A stretch of DNA of 64,000 nt. It comes from an uncultured delta proteobacterium (GTDB taxonomy: Bacteria; Desulfobacterota; RBG-13-43-22). Every line of letters begins with the position of its first letter. Within the stretch, counting starts at the first letter, position 1. Where the stretch lies: NCBI GenBank assembly GCA_963790475.1, contig CAWBOS010000012.1, positions 192,001-256,000 on the forward strand. Direction: 5' to 3'. Below, in pieces: positions 1-9,081 of the stretch. Under the pieces are notes generated by a model. It did no database searches. It had not been told where the DNA came from and worked only from the letters and a program-made list of their open reading frames with translations. The position numbers and the translations under genes are program-made.

Positions 1-379
1 CTGCCTTCGTCTGGTGGAACGAAAAATGGCTGCCGGGGTGGCTCCGGTTTATATGTACCTGTTCCGGTGGGAATCCGATTACAAAGGGTATCTTTTCAAG
101 GCTTGCCATGCCCTGGAAATTCCCTTCGTCTTCGATAACGCGGACTCCTTGCCCCTGACCGGCTCACGACCGGACCGCTATGAATTGGCGGCCATCATGA
201 GCCAGTCCTGGGCAGCCTTTGCCTATAAAGGGGATCCCAGTCATCCGGGATTGCCAAAGTGGCCGGGTTACACGCTGAAAGACAGGGAGACGATGATTTT
301 TGATATTCCCAGCTATACTGAGAAGGACCCCGCCCGACAAGAGCTTGAGGCCTGGACCGGCATGGAAGTAATTCCCTGA
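1..379 (+). CDS. Type-B carboxylesterase/lipase, C-terminal part (begins upstream of window)
   Basis: VYMYLFRW, ACHALEIPFVF (catalytic His motif), WAAFA..GDP..PGLPKWP.Y are typical carboxylesterase C-terminal motifs. Confidence 0.85.
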   Translation, partial: CLRLVERKMAAGVAPVYMYLFRWESDYKGYLFKACHALEIPFVFDNADSLPLTGSRPDRYELAAIMSQSWAAFAYKGDPSHPGLPKWPGYTLKDRETMIFDIPSYTEKDPARQELEAWTGMEVIP

Positions 380-576
380 GCTCGGTCAAACAATTCTTAT
401 TATGTCTTAAGGGCCCGGCGCTCCGGCTCCATGGATAGATAGTTTCCAATTTACTAAAGGCTAATTCTGGGAAGGTCATAGGAGAGCATTTGAGCTTTGG
501 GTTGTCTTCCCATACCAATTATGCTATCATTGACCCATTGATTTAAGGGAAAAAATGATGCCCGTAGGAGGTTACT

Positions 577-861
577 ATGGGGGTTGCAGTAAGAAAGCCA
601 AAGATTCATCCCCATGTTTTTAGAATAAAAGATATTTGTGGCGGAAGAGATATCATAGCTGGAACAAGGATTCCCGTCTGGTCCATTATCAAATGGTACA
701 AGCTGGGTCTATCAGTTGAAGAAGTAATGAGAGAGTTTCCTCAGCTAACACCTTCTCAGGTCCACGATGCCTTTTCTTATTACTATGATAATCCTAAAGA
801 AATTGAAAAAGACATTGTGGAGAACGAAAATGAAGGTCTTCTGAGGGAGAGCATAGGTTGA
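577..861 (+). CDS. DUF433-domain antitoxin
   Basis: ICGG..IIAGTRIPV..I......G....E....FPQLT..QV.DA..YY; RBS AGGAGG upstream. Confidence 0.9.
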   Translation: MGVAVRKPKIHPHVFRIKDICGGRDIIAGTRIPVWSIIKWYKLGLSVEEVMREFPQLTPSQVHDAFSYYYDNPKEIEKDIVENENEGLLRESIG

Positions 862-1064
862 TCAAACTTTACCTCGATGAAGATGTTCCCGAGGCCGTTG
901 CTATGGCTTTGAAATTAAGAGGGTATGATGTCTTAACTACCAGAGAAGCTGATAAAAGGGGGCTTACCGATATTGCCCAACTGGAATATGCTTCTTCAGA
1001 AGAAAGAATTTTGATAACCCATAATATAGCCGATTTCTCTAAAAAGACTGAACGGACCAAATAG
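858..1064 (+). pseudogene. DUF5615 PIN-like toxin, 3'-truncated at the start of a repeat
   Basis: KLYLDEDVP...L..RGYDV.T......G..D..QL.YA....RILITHN.ADF; only 68 aa, and similarity stops where the 1050-1254 repeat begins. Confidence 0.8.
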
Positions 1065-1254
1065 ACAATAATTCCTTTGAGCCTTCTGCCTTGAACTTTC
1101 AGTTCTGAGATTTGGGTCTATAACATTGAACCTTGAACTTAGAACATAGAACTTATCCTTTTAGTTTTTTCTTTGAATTTTGTGAAGTTACATTCCCTTG
1201 CTTTTTAAGTAACTCCCCGGTCATTAGGCCGGTTGAAGTGATAGCTAAGCAAAC
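1050..1254. repeat. Modular intergenic repeat, copy 1 (9-mer/7-mer units plus ~80-bp core)
   Basis: Near-identical to 5904-6123 (GAACGGACCAAATAGAC...TTGTGAAGTT...GTTGAAGTGATAGCTRAGCAAAC). Confidence 0.9.
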
Positions 1255-1365
1255 AATTTTATTTCTTCGAACGAAAAATTTCCAAATTATGTTTAATAGG
1301 AAAATATTCCCCTTTTTCATTGGCTAATAAAATAGAATGATAAGAGAAAAGGTGGTATAATTGAA

Positions 1366-1650
1366 TTGAATATTCGTTATTATATCGATCAGGAAACAGG
1401 ACTCCCCCATATCTATGGACACGATGTTGAGGAAATTGAAGTGGAAGAAGTTCTTTCTAATCCGGGAGAAGATCGACCGGGTCGGGAGGGATCACGAGTT
1501 GCAGTTGGAAAGACATCAGACGGGCGTTTTCTTAGGGTGATTTATATTCCTGATCCAGAGCCAAGGAGTGTTTTTGTAATCACAGCATATGAACTTCGAG
1601 GCAAACCTTTAATCGCCTATCGTCGCCGTAGAAGGAGAAAGCAAAAATGA
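1366..1650 (+). CDS. DUF4258/BrnT-like toxin
   Basis: PHIY.H.V...EVEEVL..PGEDR.G.EGSRVA.G.T..GR.LRVIY.PD.....FVITAYEL.GK; extended -10 TGGTATAAT at 1353-1361. Confidence 0.8.
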   Translation: MNIRYYIDQETGLPHIYGHDVEEIEVEEVLSNPGEDRPGREGSRVAVGKTSDGRFLRVIYIPDPEPRSVFVITAYELRGKPLIAYRRRRRRKQK

Positions 1651-1847
1651 AAGCAAGTGGATTCCCACCAGGATGGGATGCTGAACGTGTGAAAAGGGTA
1701 TTAGCCCATTATGAATCCCAGTCTGAAGAGGAGGCTGTGGCTGAGGATGAGGCTGCATTCGAAGCTTTGGGACAGACCGTCATAGAAGTCCCAACAGAAA
1801 TTGTTCCGGCAATACGCGAGCTCATTGCAAAACACAAAGCAGCATGA
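1647..1847 (+). CDS. Putative antitoxin partner of DUF4258 toxin
   Basis: ATGA overlap with toxin; FPPGWD.ERV.RVL.HYE.Q.EEEAVAEDEAA family usually paired with DUF4258. Confidence 0.75.
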   Translation: MKASGFPPGWDAERVKRVLAHYESQSEEEAVAEDEAAFEALGQTVIEVPTEIVPAIRELIAKHKAA

Positions 1848-1851
1848 AATA

Positions 1852-1910
1852 GCCTATCAAGCGTCTGGAGTTATCCGTGCAAAAACGGCAATTCTGCCTT
1901 TTCGTTAAAT
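1852..1910 (+). other. Degenerate integron attC-like site
   Basis: 59 bp, GCCTATC (approx. RYYYAAC) ... GTTAAAT (GTTRRRY), internal CCGT/ACGG hairpin, 4 nt after the antitoxin stop. Confidence 0.5.
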
Positions 1911-2177
1911 AATAAGTATAAAAAAGGGAATAGATCGATAGGCTCATATAAAATTCGAATCGGCTAAGGAGAAAAATAAGTTGTTTTAGAACCAGCGTCC
2001 CATCCTATTACGCCTCCTGACTCCTAACTCGCCGAACGACGAACGCTCGACGCCTAACGTCCTTTCTCAAAACCCCTCCCGCCTCATTTCTCCCCTCACT
2101 TTGGTCTCTCCCCTATGATTTCGTCTCCGAACTCCGAACTTTTATAGCTTCCAGAAAAAAATCTTTCGAGAAATATA

Positions 2178-2206
2178 TTGACACTAAAGTGCCTTAGTGT
2201 TAAATT
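2178..2206 (+). promoter_or_regulatory. Sigma70 promoter with palindromic operator for vapBC
   Basis: TTGACA-17 nt-TAAATT; inverted repeat ACACTAA-6-TTAGTGT at 2181-2200. Confidence 0.8.
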
Positions 2207-2228
2207 TTACTTTAAAAGGAGACGAACC

Positions 2229-2507
2229 ATGAACCGTAATCAAACTTCCTCTGTCCGATTGAATATCTATCTTCCCGACAAGGCCACCCGACAGCGGATC
2301 AAGTTATTAGCCACCGAGCAGAATGTTACTCTTTCCCATTTTTGCCTTCGGGCCATCGAAGCCCAGCTTTCTGAGGCAGATAAAGAGAAACAAAGACCCC
2401 CATTAAGCAAGGCCGTGGATCGGGCACGGAAATTCCAACGACAGGCCTTCGGGGGACAGGTTTTTCAGGTCAATTCGGCTGATCTGATTCGCCAGTCTCG
2501 AAGGTAG
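2229..2507 (+). CDS. VapB-like (RHH) antitoxin
   Basis: RBS AAGGAG before ATG 2229; RLNIYLP..RQRIK..A.....TLS; SADLIRQSR C-terminus; directly upstream of PIN toxin. Confidence 0.75.
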   Translation: MNRNQTSSVRLNIYLPDKATRQRIKLLATEQNVTLSHFCLRAIEAQLSEADKEKQRPPLSKAVDRARKFQRQAFGGQVFQVNSADLIRQSRR

Positions 2508-2516
2508 GAAAACCGA

Positions 2517-2951
2517 ATGGAACAAAACGTGGTTATCGATGCCAGTCTGGCCGTCATGTGGGCCGTCCCGGAAAACTATTCCGCACGGGCTCTCCTGTTG
2601 GCCGAAACTTGGGATGAAGAGGAGACTCGTCTCTTGGCGCCCTGTCTGCTGTTGACCGAGGTAACCAATGCCCTTTACAAAAGGATTATCCGGAAGGAAA
2701 TGGATTTGCCTAAAGTCCGAGAGGCCCTGGAGGTGATACTGGCTTTCGGAATTGAGATTCTCGATGAGGCCGGCCTCCATACCCTGGCCATCGAGGTTGC
2801 CCTGCAACTGGGACAACAGGCTACCTATGACGCCCATTACCTGGCTTTGGCCCTAATGTACGACTGCCCTCTCTGGACCGGGGACCGACGATTTTATAAC
2901 TCGGCCAGGAAATCATTTCCCCAGGTTCATTGGGTTGGGGAAGGAGGGTAA
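2517..2951 (+). CDS. vapC: VapC PIN-domain toxin
   Basis: VVIDAS..V.W..PE, EVTNAL, YDAHYLALA, LWTGDRR. Confidence 0.9.
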   Translation: MEQNVVIDASLAVMWAVPENYSARALLLAETWDEEETRLLAPCLLLTEVTNALYKRIIRKEMDLPKVREALEVILAFGIEILDEAGLHTLAIEVALQLGQQATYDAHYLALALMYDCPLWTGDRRFYNSARKSFPQVHWVGEGG

Positions 2952-2998
2952 CCTATCAGCTATGAGCTCCTTTTTTTGCCTGTTCCGGCAAAAAAAGA

Positions 2999-3250
2999 TT
3001 GACTTCCCCCCTTTCCCCCCTTTATTTTCTTTGTATTATCTTAGTGTTTTAAACTTTTAGGGCTAAATTTCCTATTTTTTACTAAATGACGAACGAATTT
3101 TTTCTCCAAATCCCTTTGAGCTATGAGCTATCAGCTTTGAGCTCTGATTTCCGCTATGAGCTTTGAGCTCCCCAAATTGTAAAGTCAACATTTCCTTGCT
3201 TTTGAAGTAAGTCCCCGACCAAACGGCCTGTTAAATGGATAGCTGAACAG
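2999..3250. repeat. Modular intergenic repeat, partial copy (pyrimidine module, heptamers, core)
   Basis: 2999-3042 matches 5805-5846; 3158-3250 matches 6027-6122. Confidence 0.85.
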
Positions 3251-3270
3251 ATTTTTTTCAAAAATTAGTA

Positions 3271-3299
3271 TTGAGTATTTTAAAGTGTTAGTTTATAAT
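3271..3299 (+). promoter_or_regulatory. Sigma70 promoter giving probable leaderless mRNA
   Basis: TTGAGT-17 nt-TATAAT, ATG 7 nt downstream, no SD. Confidence 0.65.
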
Positions 3300-3306
3300 T
3301 CTCAAC

Positions 3307-4476
3307 ATGAAATATATTTCCAGACAGATAGAAACCGAGCTCACAAAGGCCTCAAAGAGTTTTTCTGCGGTTATTCTCACCGGACCTCGGAGGGCGGGGA
3401 AGACGACTCTACTTAGAAAACTCTTCCCCCAAGCGGCCTATTATCTGATTGAAGACCCTGATGTAATCGCCCGGCTGCAGAGCGATCCGCGTTCCTTTCT
3501 GGACGACATTCGCTGCCCGGCCATCCTGGATGAAATCCAGAACGTCCCTGAGTTGCTGAGTTATGTACGTTCCCGAATCGATCGTTCTCCGAACAAAAAG
3601 GGACAGTGGTTTTTAACCGGATCACAAGAAGCGCCGCTGATGAGAGGCGTTACGGAATCCTTGGCGGGCAGGGCCGCCCTTTTTACCCTTCTGCCGTTTT
3701 CCCAGCAGGAATCACCGAAGGTTTCGTTACTCAAAGGCGGGTTCCCGGAAGTCCTGGCACGCCCTTCGGCCGGGTCTATCTGGTTTCGCTCCTATGTCCA
3801 AACCTATCTCGAAAGGGATGTCCGATCGGTGACCTCCATCCGTAACCTTTCGACCTTCAGGCGATTCCTTGCACTGGTAGCCAGCCGTTGTGGGCAGATC
3901 TTAAACCGTACCGACCTGGCCGCTCCCTTGGGAGTTTCCGTTCCGACGATCTCTGATTGGCTGAATATCCTGGAGATAACCGGACAGATCATCTTAGTTC
4001 CGCCTTTTTTTGAGAATTTCGGGAAAAGGCTGATTAAGTCACCCAAATTGTACTTTGTGGATTCCGGCTTGGTCTGTCACCTGTTGGGGGTTGAATCAGA
4101 GAAGGGATTGGATCAATCCCCTTTTCTTGGGCCTCTTTTTGAAGGGTTTGTGGCTGCAGAGATACTCAAACAACAAATGGCCTCCGGACGACCCAGGGCA
4201 CTCTATTATTTCCGCGACCAGCAGGGATTGGAGGTCGATTTTATAGTTCCGGCCGGGGACCAGAGGCTTCTTTTTATTGAAACCAAGGCTTCCCGGACCG
4301 TTGTCCCGGCCATGGCCAAACCGATGGAACGCCTGGCCGAAGCAAAAACAAACTATAGGATAACTAAGGCCCTCATTCATCGCGAAGGTAGAGACCAGTT
4401 CCCAACCACGGCCTTAAAAAGCGGAGTGAAGGCCCTGCCGGTGAGTCGTTTGGGGTCTCTCCTGGATGGGAAGTGA
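3307..4476 (+). CDS. AAA_14 ATPase with DUF4143 (COG1373)
   Basis: GPRRAGKTT, ILDEIQ, LTGSQ, ESLAGR, YLERDV, KSPKLYFVDSG, EVDF..IETK. Confidence 0.92.
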   Translation: MKYISRQIETELTKASKSFSAVILTGPRRAGKTTLLRKLFPQAAYYLIEDPDVIARLQSDPRSFLDDIRCPAILDEIQNVPELLSYVRSRIDRSPNKKGQWFLTGSQEAPLMRGVTESLAGRAALFTLLPFSQQESPKVSLLKGGFPEVLARPSAGSIWFRSYVQTYLERDVRSVTSIRNLSTFRRFLALVASRCGQILNRTDLAAPLGVSVPTISDWLNILEITGQIILVPPFFENFGKRLIKSPKLYFVDSGLVCHLLGVESEKGLDQSPFLGPLFEGFVAAEILKQQMASGRPRALYYFRDQQGLEVDFIVPAGDQRLLFIETKASRTVVPAMAKPMERLAEAKTNYRITKALIHREGRDQFPTTALKSGVKALPVSRLGSLLDGK

Positions 4477-4740
4477 GCCGTCTTTCATAAAGAAGAACCC
4501 GTTGATTTGTCGATAATGCTCATCTCTTCCCCCATTATCTTAGGCATTTCAATTTTGAGATTTAAGCATCTTTTTATTCAGAAACCGTTGATTTGTTGAT
4601 AATGCGCAAAGGAGGGAAAAGGCAAAAAAATCTCTTTTATTTCGCTGGCCTTCATTGAGCAAGGTGGGGCATGCCTTCTTGGATAGATAAATGAATGACC
4701 CAAATTAGTTGTTTCTTTGGAAGAGATTCAAAGTCCTGGC

Positions 4741-5202
4741 CTATGCCTGGCCACGTTTACCGCTGACGGTTCTCTCCTTGTGCGGGATGGAGTATTTCTC
4801 CACAAACTCTTTTGGCGAAAGGATGGGGATACTTCTGTAAGTTTTCAAATTCAATAGATGCGGATCGCCGGAGACAACACACTCCACACTTTCATCCGCA
4901 GCACAAGCCAGTACAAAGTCATCATCACGGTCTGGACTAACCGCGTTTGGCGCAGGGACTCCCGGGGTGAGGATGGCAAATGCGCGTAGAAAGTCAAGGA
5001 GAATTTCGGAGTTTTCGGCGGCTTTAGGATATTTGCGAGTAATGTGTCGACGCAAAATGACCTTGCTGAATTCTTCAAGCAAGTGTGCGGATGTGACCAG
5101 TTTGATTTCTTGACGTTGGGCGGCATCCAAAATGGAAGCAGAATATCCAGAGGCAATGATCCCGCTGATCAAAACATTGGTATCAAGAACGACTTTTCGC
5201 AT
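4741..5202 (-). CDS. PIN_3 family toxin (TIGR00305-like)
   Basis: VVLDTNVLISG, D.DDDFVLACA, VVSGD.HLL. Confidence 0.9.
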   Translation of the reverse strand: MRKVVLDTNVLISGIIASGYSASILDAAQRQEIKLVTSAHLLEEFSKVILRRHITRKYPKAAENSEILLDFLRAFAILTPGVPAPNAVSPDRDDDFVLACAADESVECVVSGDPHLLNLKTYRSIPILSPKEFVEKYSIPHKERTVSGKRGQA

Positions 5203-5440
5203 GACTCGTCTTGCGCACCTGGTGCGTTGCTTTGATTGCGTCTTTCATCACTTCTTCTTCGCTGACATGAATGTAGGTTTTGCGAATGGAATTGATCGAA
5301 GATGCGAATCTTAGGGCAATGGCAGGACGGTCGAGATCTTTATCCAAAAGGCGCCAGAGGGCTATTTTCTCCTGTGGCGGCAGTTGGCGCAGAGCCTTTT
5401 TAATTTGATCAAGCGGTAAATCCAATCGGAGGGTGTTCAT
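5183..5440 (-). CDS. Putative antitoxin of PIN_3 toxin
   Basis: Small ORF overlapping toxin start; SEEEV..DAI.A...VR C-terminus. Confidence 0.7.
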   Translation of the reverse strand: MNTLRLDLPLDQIKKALRQLPPQEKIALWRLLDKDLDRPAIALRFASSINSIRKTYIHVSEEEVMKDAIKATHQVRKTSHAKSRS

Positions 5441-5746
5441 TTTCGGTCTCCTTCACGGCATCCAAGCATGTTACCCCGATTAATCAGGCTAAAAACTTTC
5501 AACGCGTTCAATTATTTCAAGACTTAGACAATAAGGTTCTTTATTAAAATAGTATAAGATAAGGAAAAGAAGTGGTCAAGGAGAAATCCAGTCGCCTCTT
5601 CTCCTTTTTTCTGGCTGGTCCGGTTAGTGCCTTTCGCCTCCTGCCTCTTGCCACTCCCCTTACTCTATCCCCCATGCCCTATGCGTCTTGGAGCCCCCTC
5701 ACCCCTCAAGCCTCGTGCCTCGTGCCTCATGCCTCATGCCTTTTAT

Positions 5747-6123
5747 TCGCCGAACGACGAACACTCCTGCCGATCGCAGGCGCCAAACGTTTTTGCCTTT
5801 TTTCTTGACATTCCCCCTTTTCCCCTTTATTTTCTTTATATTATCTTGGGCTATTTGTTTAGGGCTTCTTTTAAACCCAATCAACCCGATCGACCAGATA
5901 GATTGAACGGACCAAATAGACCAAATAGACAATAATTCCTTTGAGCCCTCTGCCTTGAACTTTCAGTTCTGAGATTTGGGCCTTAAACATTGAACCTTGA
6001 ACTCTGAACCTTGAACCTTTTCCCTTTGAGCTTTGAGCTCCCCAAATTGTGAAGTTAACATTTCCTTGCTTTTGAAGTAAGTTATCCGGCTAAACGGCCC
6101 GTTGAAGTGATAGCTGAGCAAAC
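5747..6123. repeat. Modular intergenic repeat, most complete copy
   Basis: Contains modules also seen at 2029-2059, 2999-3042, 1050-1254 and 3158-3250. Confidence 0.9.
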
Positions 6124-6181
6124 CATCTCATACTTCCAGCTGCTAAGTGATAAATAGAGAAGGTCAAAACCTAAAGAATAA

Positions 6182-7044
6182 ATGGTTAAGGCTAGAAATT
6201 TGGAAACACCAATAAAAAATAAAGTTGGCCATACTTATACACGAGCAAAGGTCCCAATCCGTTACCCGGGAGGGAAACAGCGTTTTCTGGACCAGATTGT
6301 TGTCCACATGCCCAAGCCTGAGGAAATAGAAGGTCGCTTTGTGGAGCCATTTCTTGGAGGAGGGGCCGTTTTTTTTGCTATTCAGGCTAAACCCGCTATA
6401 CTAAATGACAAGAACCCAGATTTGATCGATCTATACCGCGGCATCCGCCATGCCCCTTTGATGGTTTGGAAGATGTTCTGCAGTATCCCCCCGACGAGGG
6501 TACCTACTATCAAGTGAGGCAAGAAGATACGAAGGGTTGGGGTGTAATTGACAAGGCAGCCCGAACGCTTTATCTGAATCGCACATGCTTCAAAGGAATG
6601 TGGCGGCAGAACTCACGTGGTATGTTTAACATCGGGTATGGAGGCCAGAGCAGGCGATGGGCTATCACGGAGGATGACCTCATCGCCGTGTCAAAGGCGC
6701 TACGAGGCACAACTCTGCATTGCACTGATTTCGAAGATATTGTCGACGACACGAAGCCAAATGACTTGCTTTTTGTAGACCCTCCATATCACCCCGGTCG
6801 GCGCGAATCCCGGGTGGAACACTATATGTTCTCCCAGTTTACGTTTGAATCCCACAGACGTCTTGCCTATTCATTGAAAAGAGCCACACGTCGGGGAGTT
6901 AAATGGGCGATGACGACATCATCACATCCGGATATAGTAGCCTTTCATAAAAAACAGCGTCAAATACCCTTCAAAGCGGGAGTGGGGGCAGCCCCAGGCA
7001 ACATAACGAGAGAAGCGGGCGAAGTTTTAATATTGAACTACTGA
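6182..7044 (+). CDS. Dam-family (D12 class) N6-adenine DNA methyltransferase, frameshift near 6490
   Basis: RYPGGK, FVEPFLGGGAVF, LND.N.DLI, YLNRTCF.G, VDPPY across two overlapping ORFs. Confidence 0.88.
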
Positions 7045-7055
7045 AGAGGTGGCAG

Positions 7056-9081
7056 ATGAAGCAGTTTTTCGAAACGGCAGCCATGCAAAATCATCCTCTG
7101 CGTATTCTAAAGACTTTCATGGAACGCGAGGACGCCAACGAGAAAGCCAAAAAATACGAGGATATGCGTTTCGTCGGCTATGTTCTCGATATCGGCTATG
7201 ACACTCTCACTATTATCACATCTGACCCTTTCAAGATTGCCGTCGGGGGGATTCCTCGCAATTCCCTTTTGATCATGGCATCAGCGAAGATAGACTCGCT
7301 CCCTCCGCATTTCACACTGCTCAGGGTTCTCGAATCGGCTCCGACACCGCTGTCACAAGAGGTGCAACAAACCTATTTTGAACTGCAAAAAAAGTCTATG
7401 CCAGAACTGGATGTGTTCACTCAGAGCGAACTTCAGTGGGGGGCCCTTAAGACTGCCGTCTTGGGTATGTTCTATCCCCATCCCGAGAAACTTAACGAGG
7501 TGGAATTTTCTGGTGACCTGAACAACTTCGTCAGCGCCCACAAATACCGTGTCTACGCGCCTTGCGACGATCTACTAAATCTTATTGTTAATACCCTTGT
7601 TCGCTCTGAAGGCCAATTCAAAATCGGCAACCTTCGGCTCACTGAGTGCCGCCTACCGTTACCCGGAAAGCCGGGCCCAAGGGTTGATGTCAACGTCTCG
7701 ACTGTCGACTTCACAGGATGTCGGACCGCTATGTTCGGTAAAACTCGCCTGGGCAAGAGTAACGTCGTGAAGCTGATCGCCCAAAGCCTCATCGAGACCC
7801 AATCCAATGTCGGTCAACTTATTTTTGACATAAATGGGGAATACGCCAACGACAACCCTCAGGACAACAACCGCTCCATAGCAAGCGCCTACCGCTCCCG
7901 CTGTGAGGTCTATGCGCTTACAGCAAAGGCCGCAACACCTTCTCGTCCATTGAAACTCAATTTTTACGAATGTCCTGAGAGTTCACTCCCAATATTGGGT
8001 AGCTTATTGCGTCAACATGGACGTCAGTCTGGCTATATACAGAGCTTTGCCAGTGTTGAATTACCATCCATACAGGAAATTAACGATTTGCCAGTTGGCA
8101 ATGACAAAATAAGGTCGATACGCAAACTTCAGATGTATTGGGCGGTTCTAAAGAAAGCTGGTTTTGATGTAGATCAAATGCGATTGCGCAGAGCGGCTCC
8201 ATCCAGCGGGCGCACAAATGGTTTTAATCCTGCTTTCAGTGCCCAACTCAGAACAGATGCGTATCAGCACGCAGGCACCCAGTTATTAGCGAACATAAAC
8301 ACTCTCGACGATCTCGTCGGAGAACTTGAAGTGATTAGTAGGTTTCGCCGAGACAATTCTACCAGTCCATCACTCACGACTGGAAGCAACAACCCGGTGT
8401 TTCAACCTGACGATGTGGCAATACTGGAGTTTCTTGAGCCAGCACCTGGTCGTTCCGGTACAACGATGATCCAGCCATTTCGAATATACCACGACCGGTC
8501 TGCCGGCGACTTCGTCACAGAGGTACTGGCTTATCTAGACGAAGGGAAAACAGTCATCCTCGACCTCGGTAACGCGAATCCAGAGGTCATGCAATACTTT
8601 TCTGACGAATTATCAAGGGCCGTTTTCAATCATCAAGTAGACAAGTTCAGCAACAACAAACTGGGAAATCATTTCATCCAACTTTACTTCGAGGAGGCCC
8701 ACAACCTTTTTCCTCGAAATGAGGATGTGACTACCATTTACAGCCGCTTTGCCAAAGAGGGAGCGAAGTATCACATCGGTATGGTCTACTCCACCCAGTC
8801 CCCTACTACTATAAACAAGGACCTCCTAGCTCAGACAGAAAACTTCTTCATAGCTCACTTATCATCGCGAGACGAGGTTGCCGCACTGGGCAGACTCAAT
8901 GTCGCTTACGACAGCATGCAAGATGACATTCTGTCCGCAAAGACACCAGGCTATATACGCATGCTAACGCGATCTCATAGGTTTGTCGTGCCAGTCCAGG
9001 TCCTTCTGTTCACTCCACCAAAATCAACCACAGGAGAAAAACGCGGCCGCCCCAGCTGCAGTTTTAAGAGGAAAACGCTGA
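7056..9081 (+). CDS. herA: HerA/DUF87 ATPase
   Basis: N-terminal HAS-barrel-like region, GKTRLGKS, IFDINGEY, YFEEAH, STQ; likely true stop is TGA 9079-9081 overlapping the nurA ATG. Confidence 0.85.

Noticed and set aside
4582-4610. dif-like Xer site on the minus strand
   Set aside because: Only a XerC-like arm (TTTGCGCATTA); no XerD arm.
5572-5935. Several short ORFs
   Set aside because: They translate heptamer/nonamer repeats and pyrimidine tracts (PHASCL, PDRPDR); not protein-like.
1050-6123. CRISPR array from the recurring spacer repeats
   Set aside because: Repeats are long, degenerate and separated by kilobases of genes; no cas genes.
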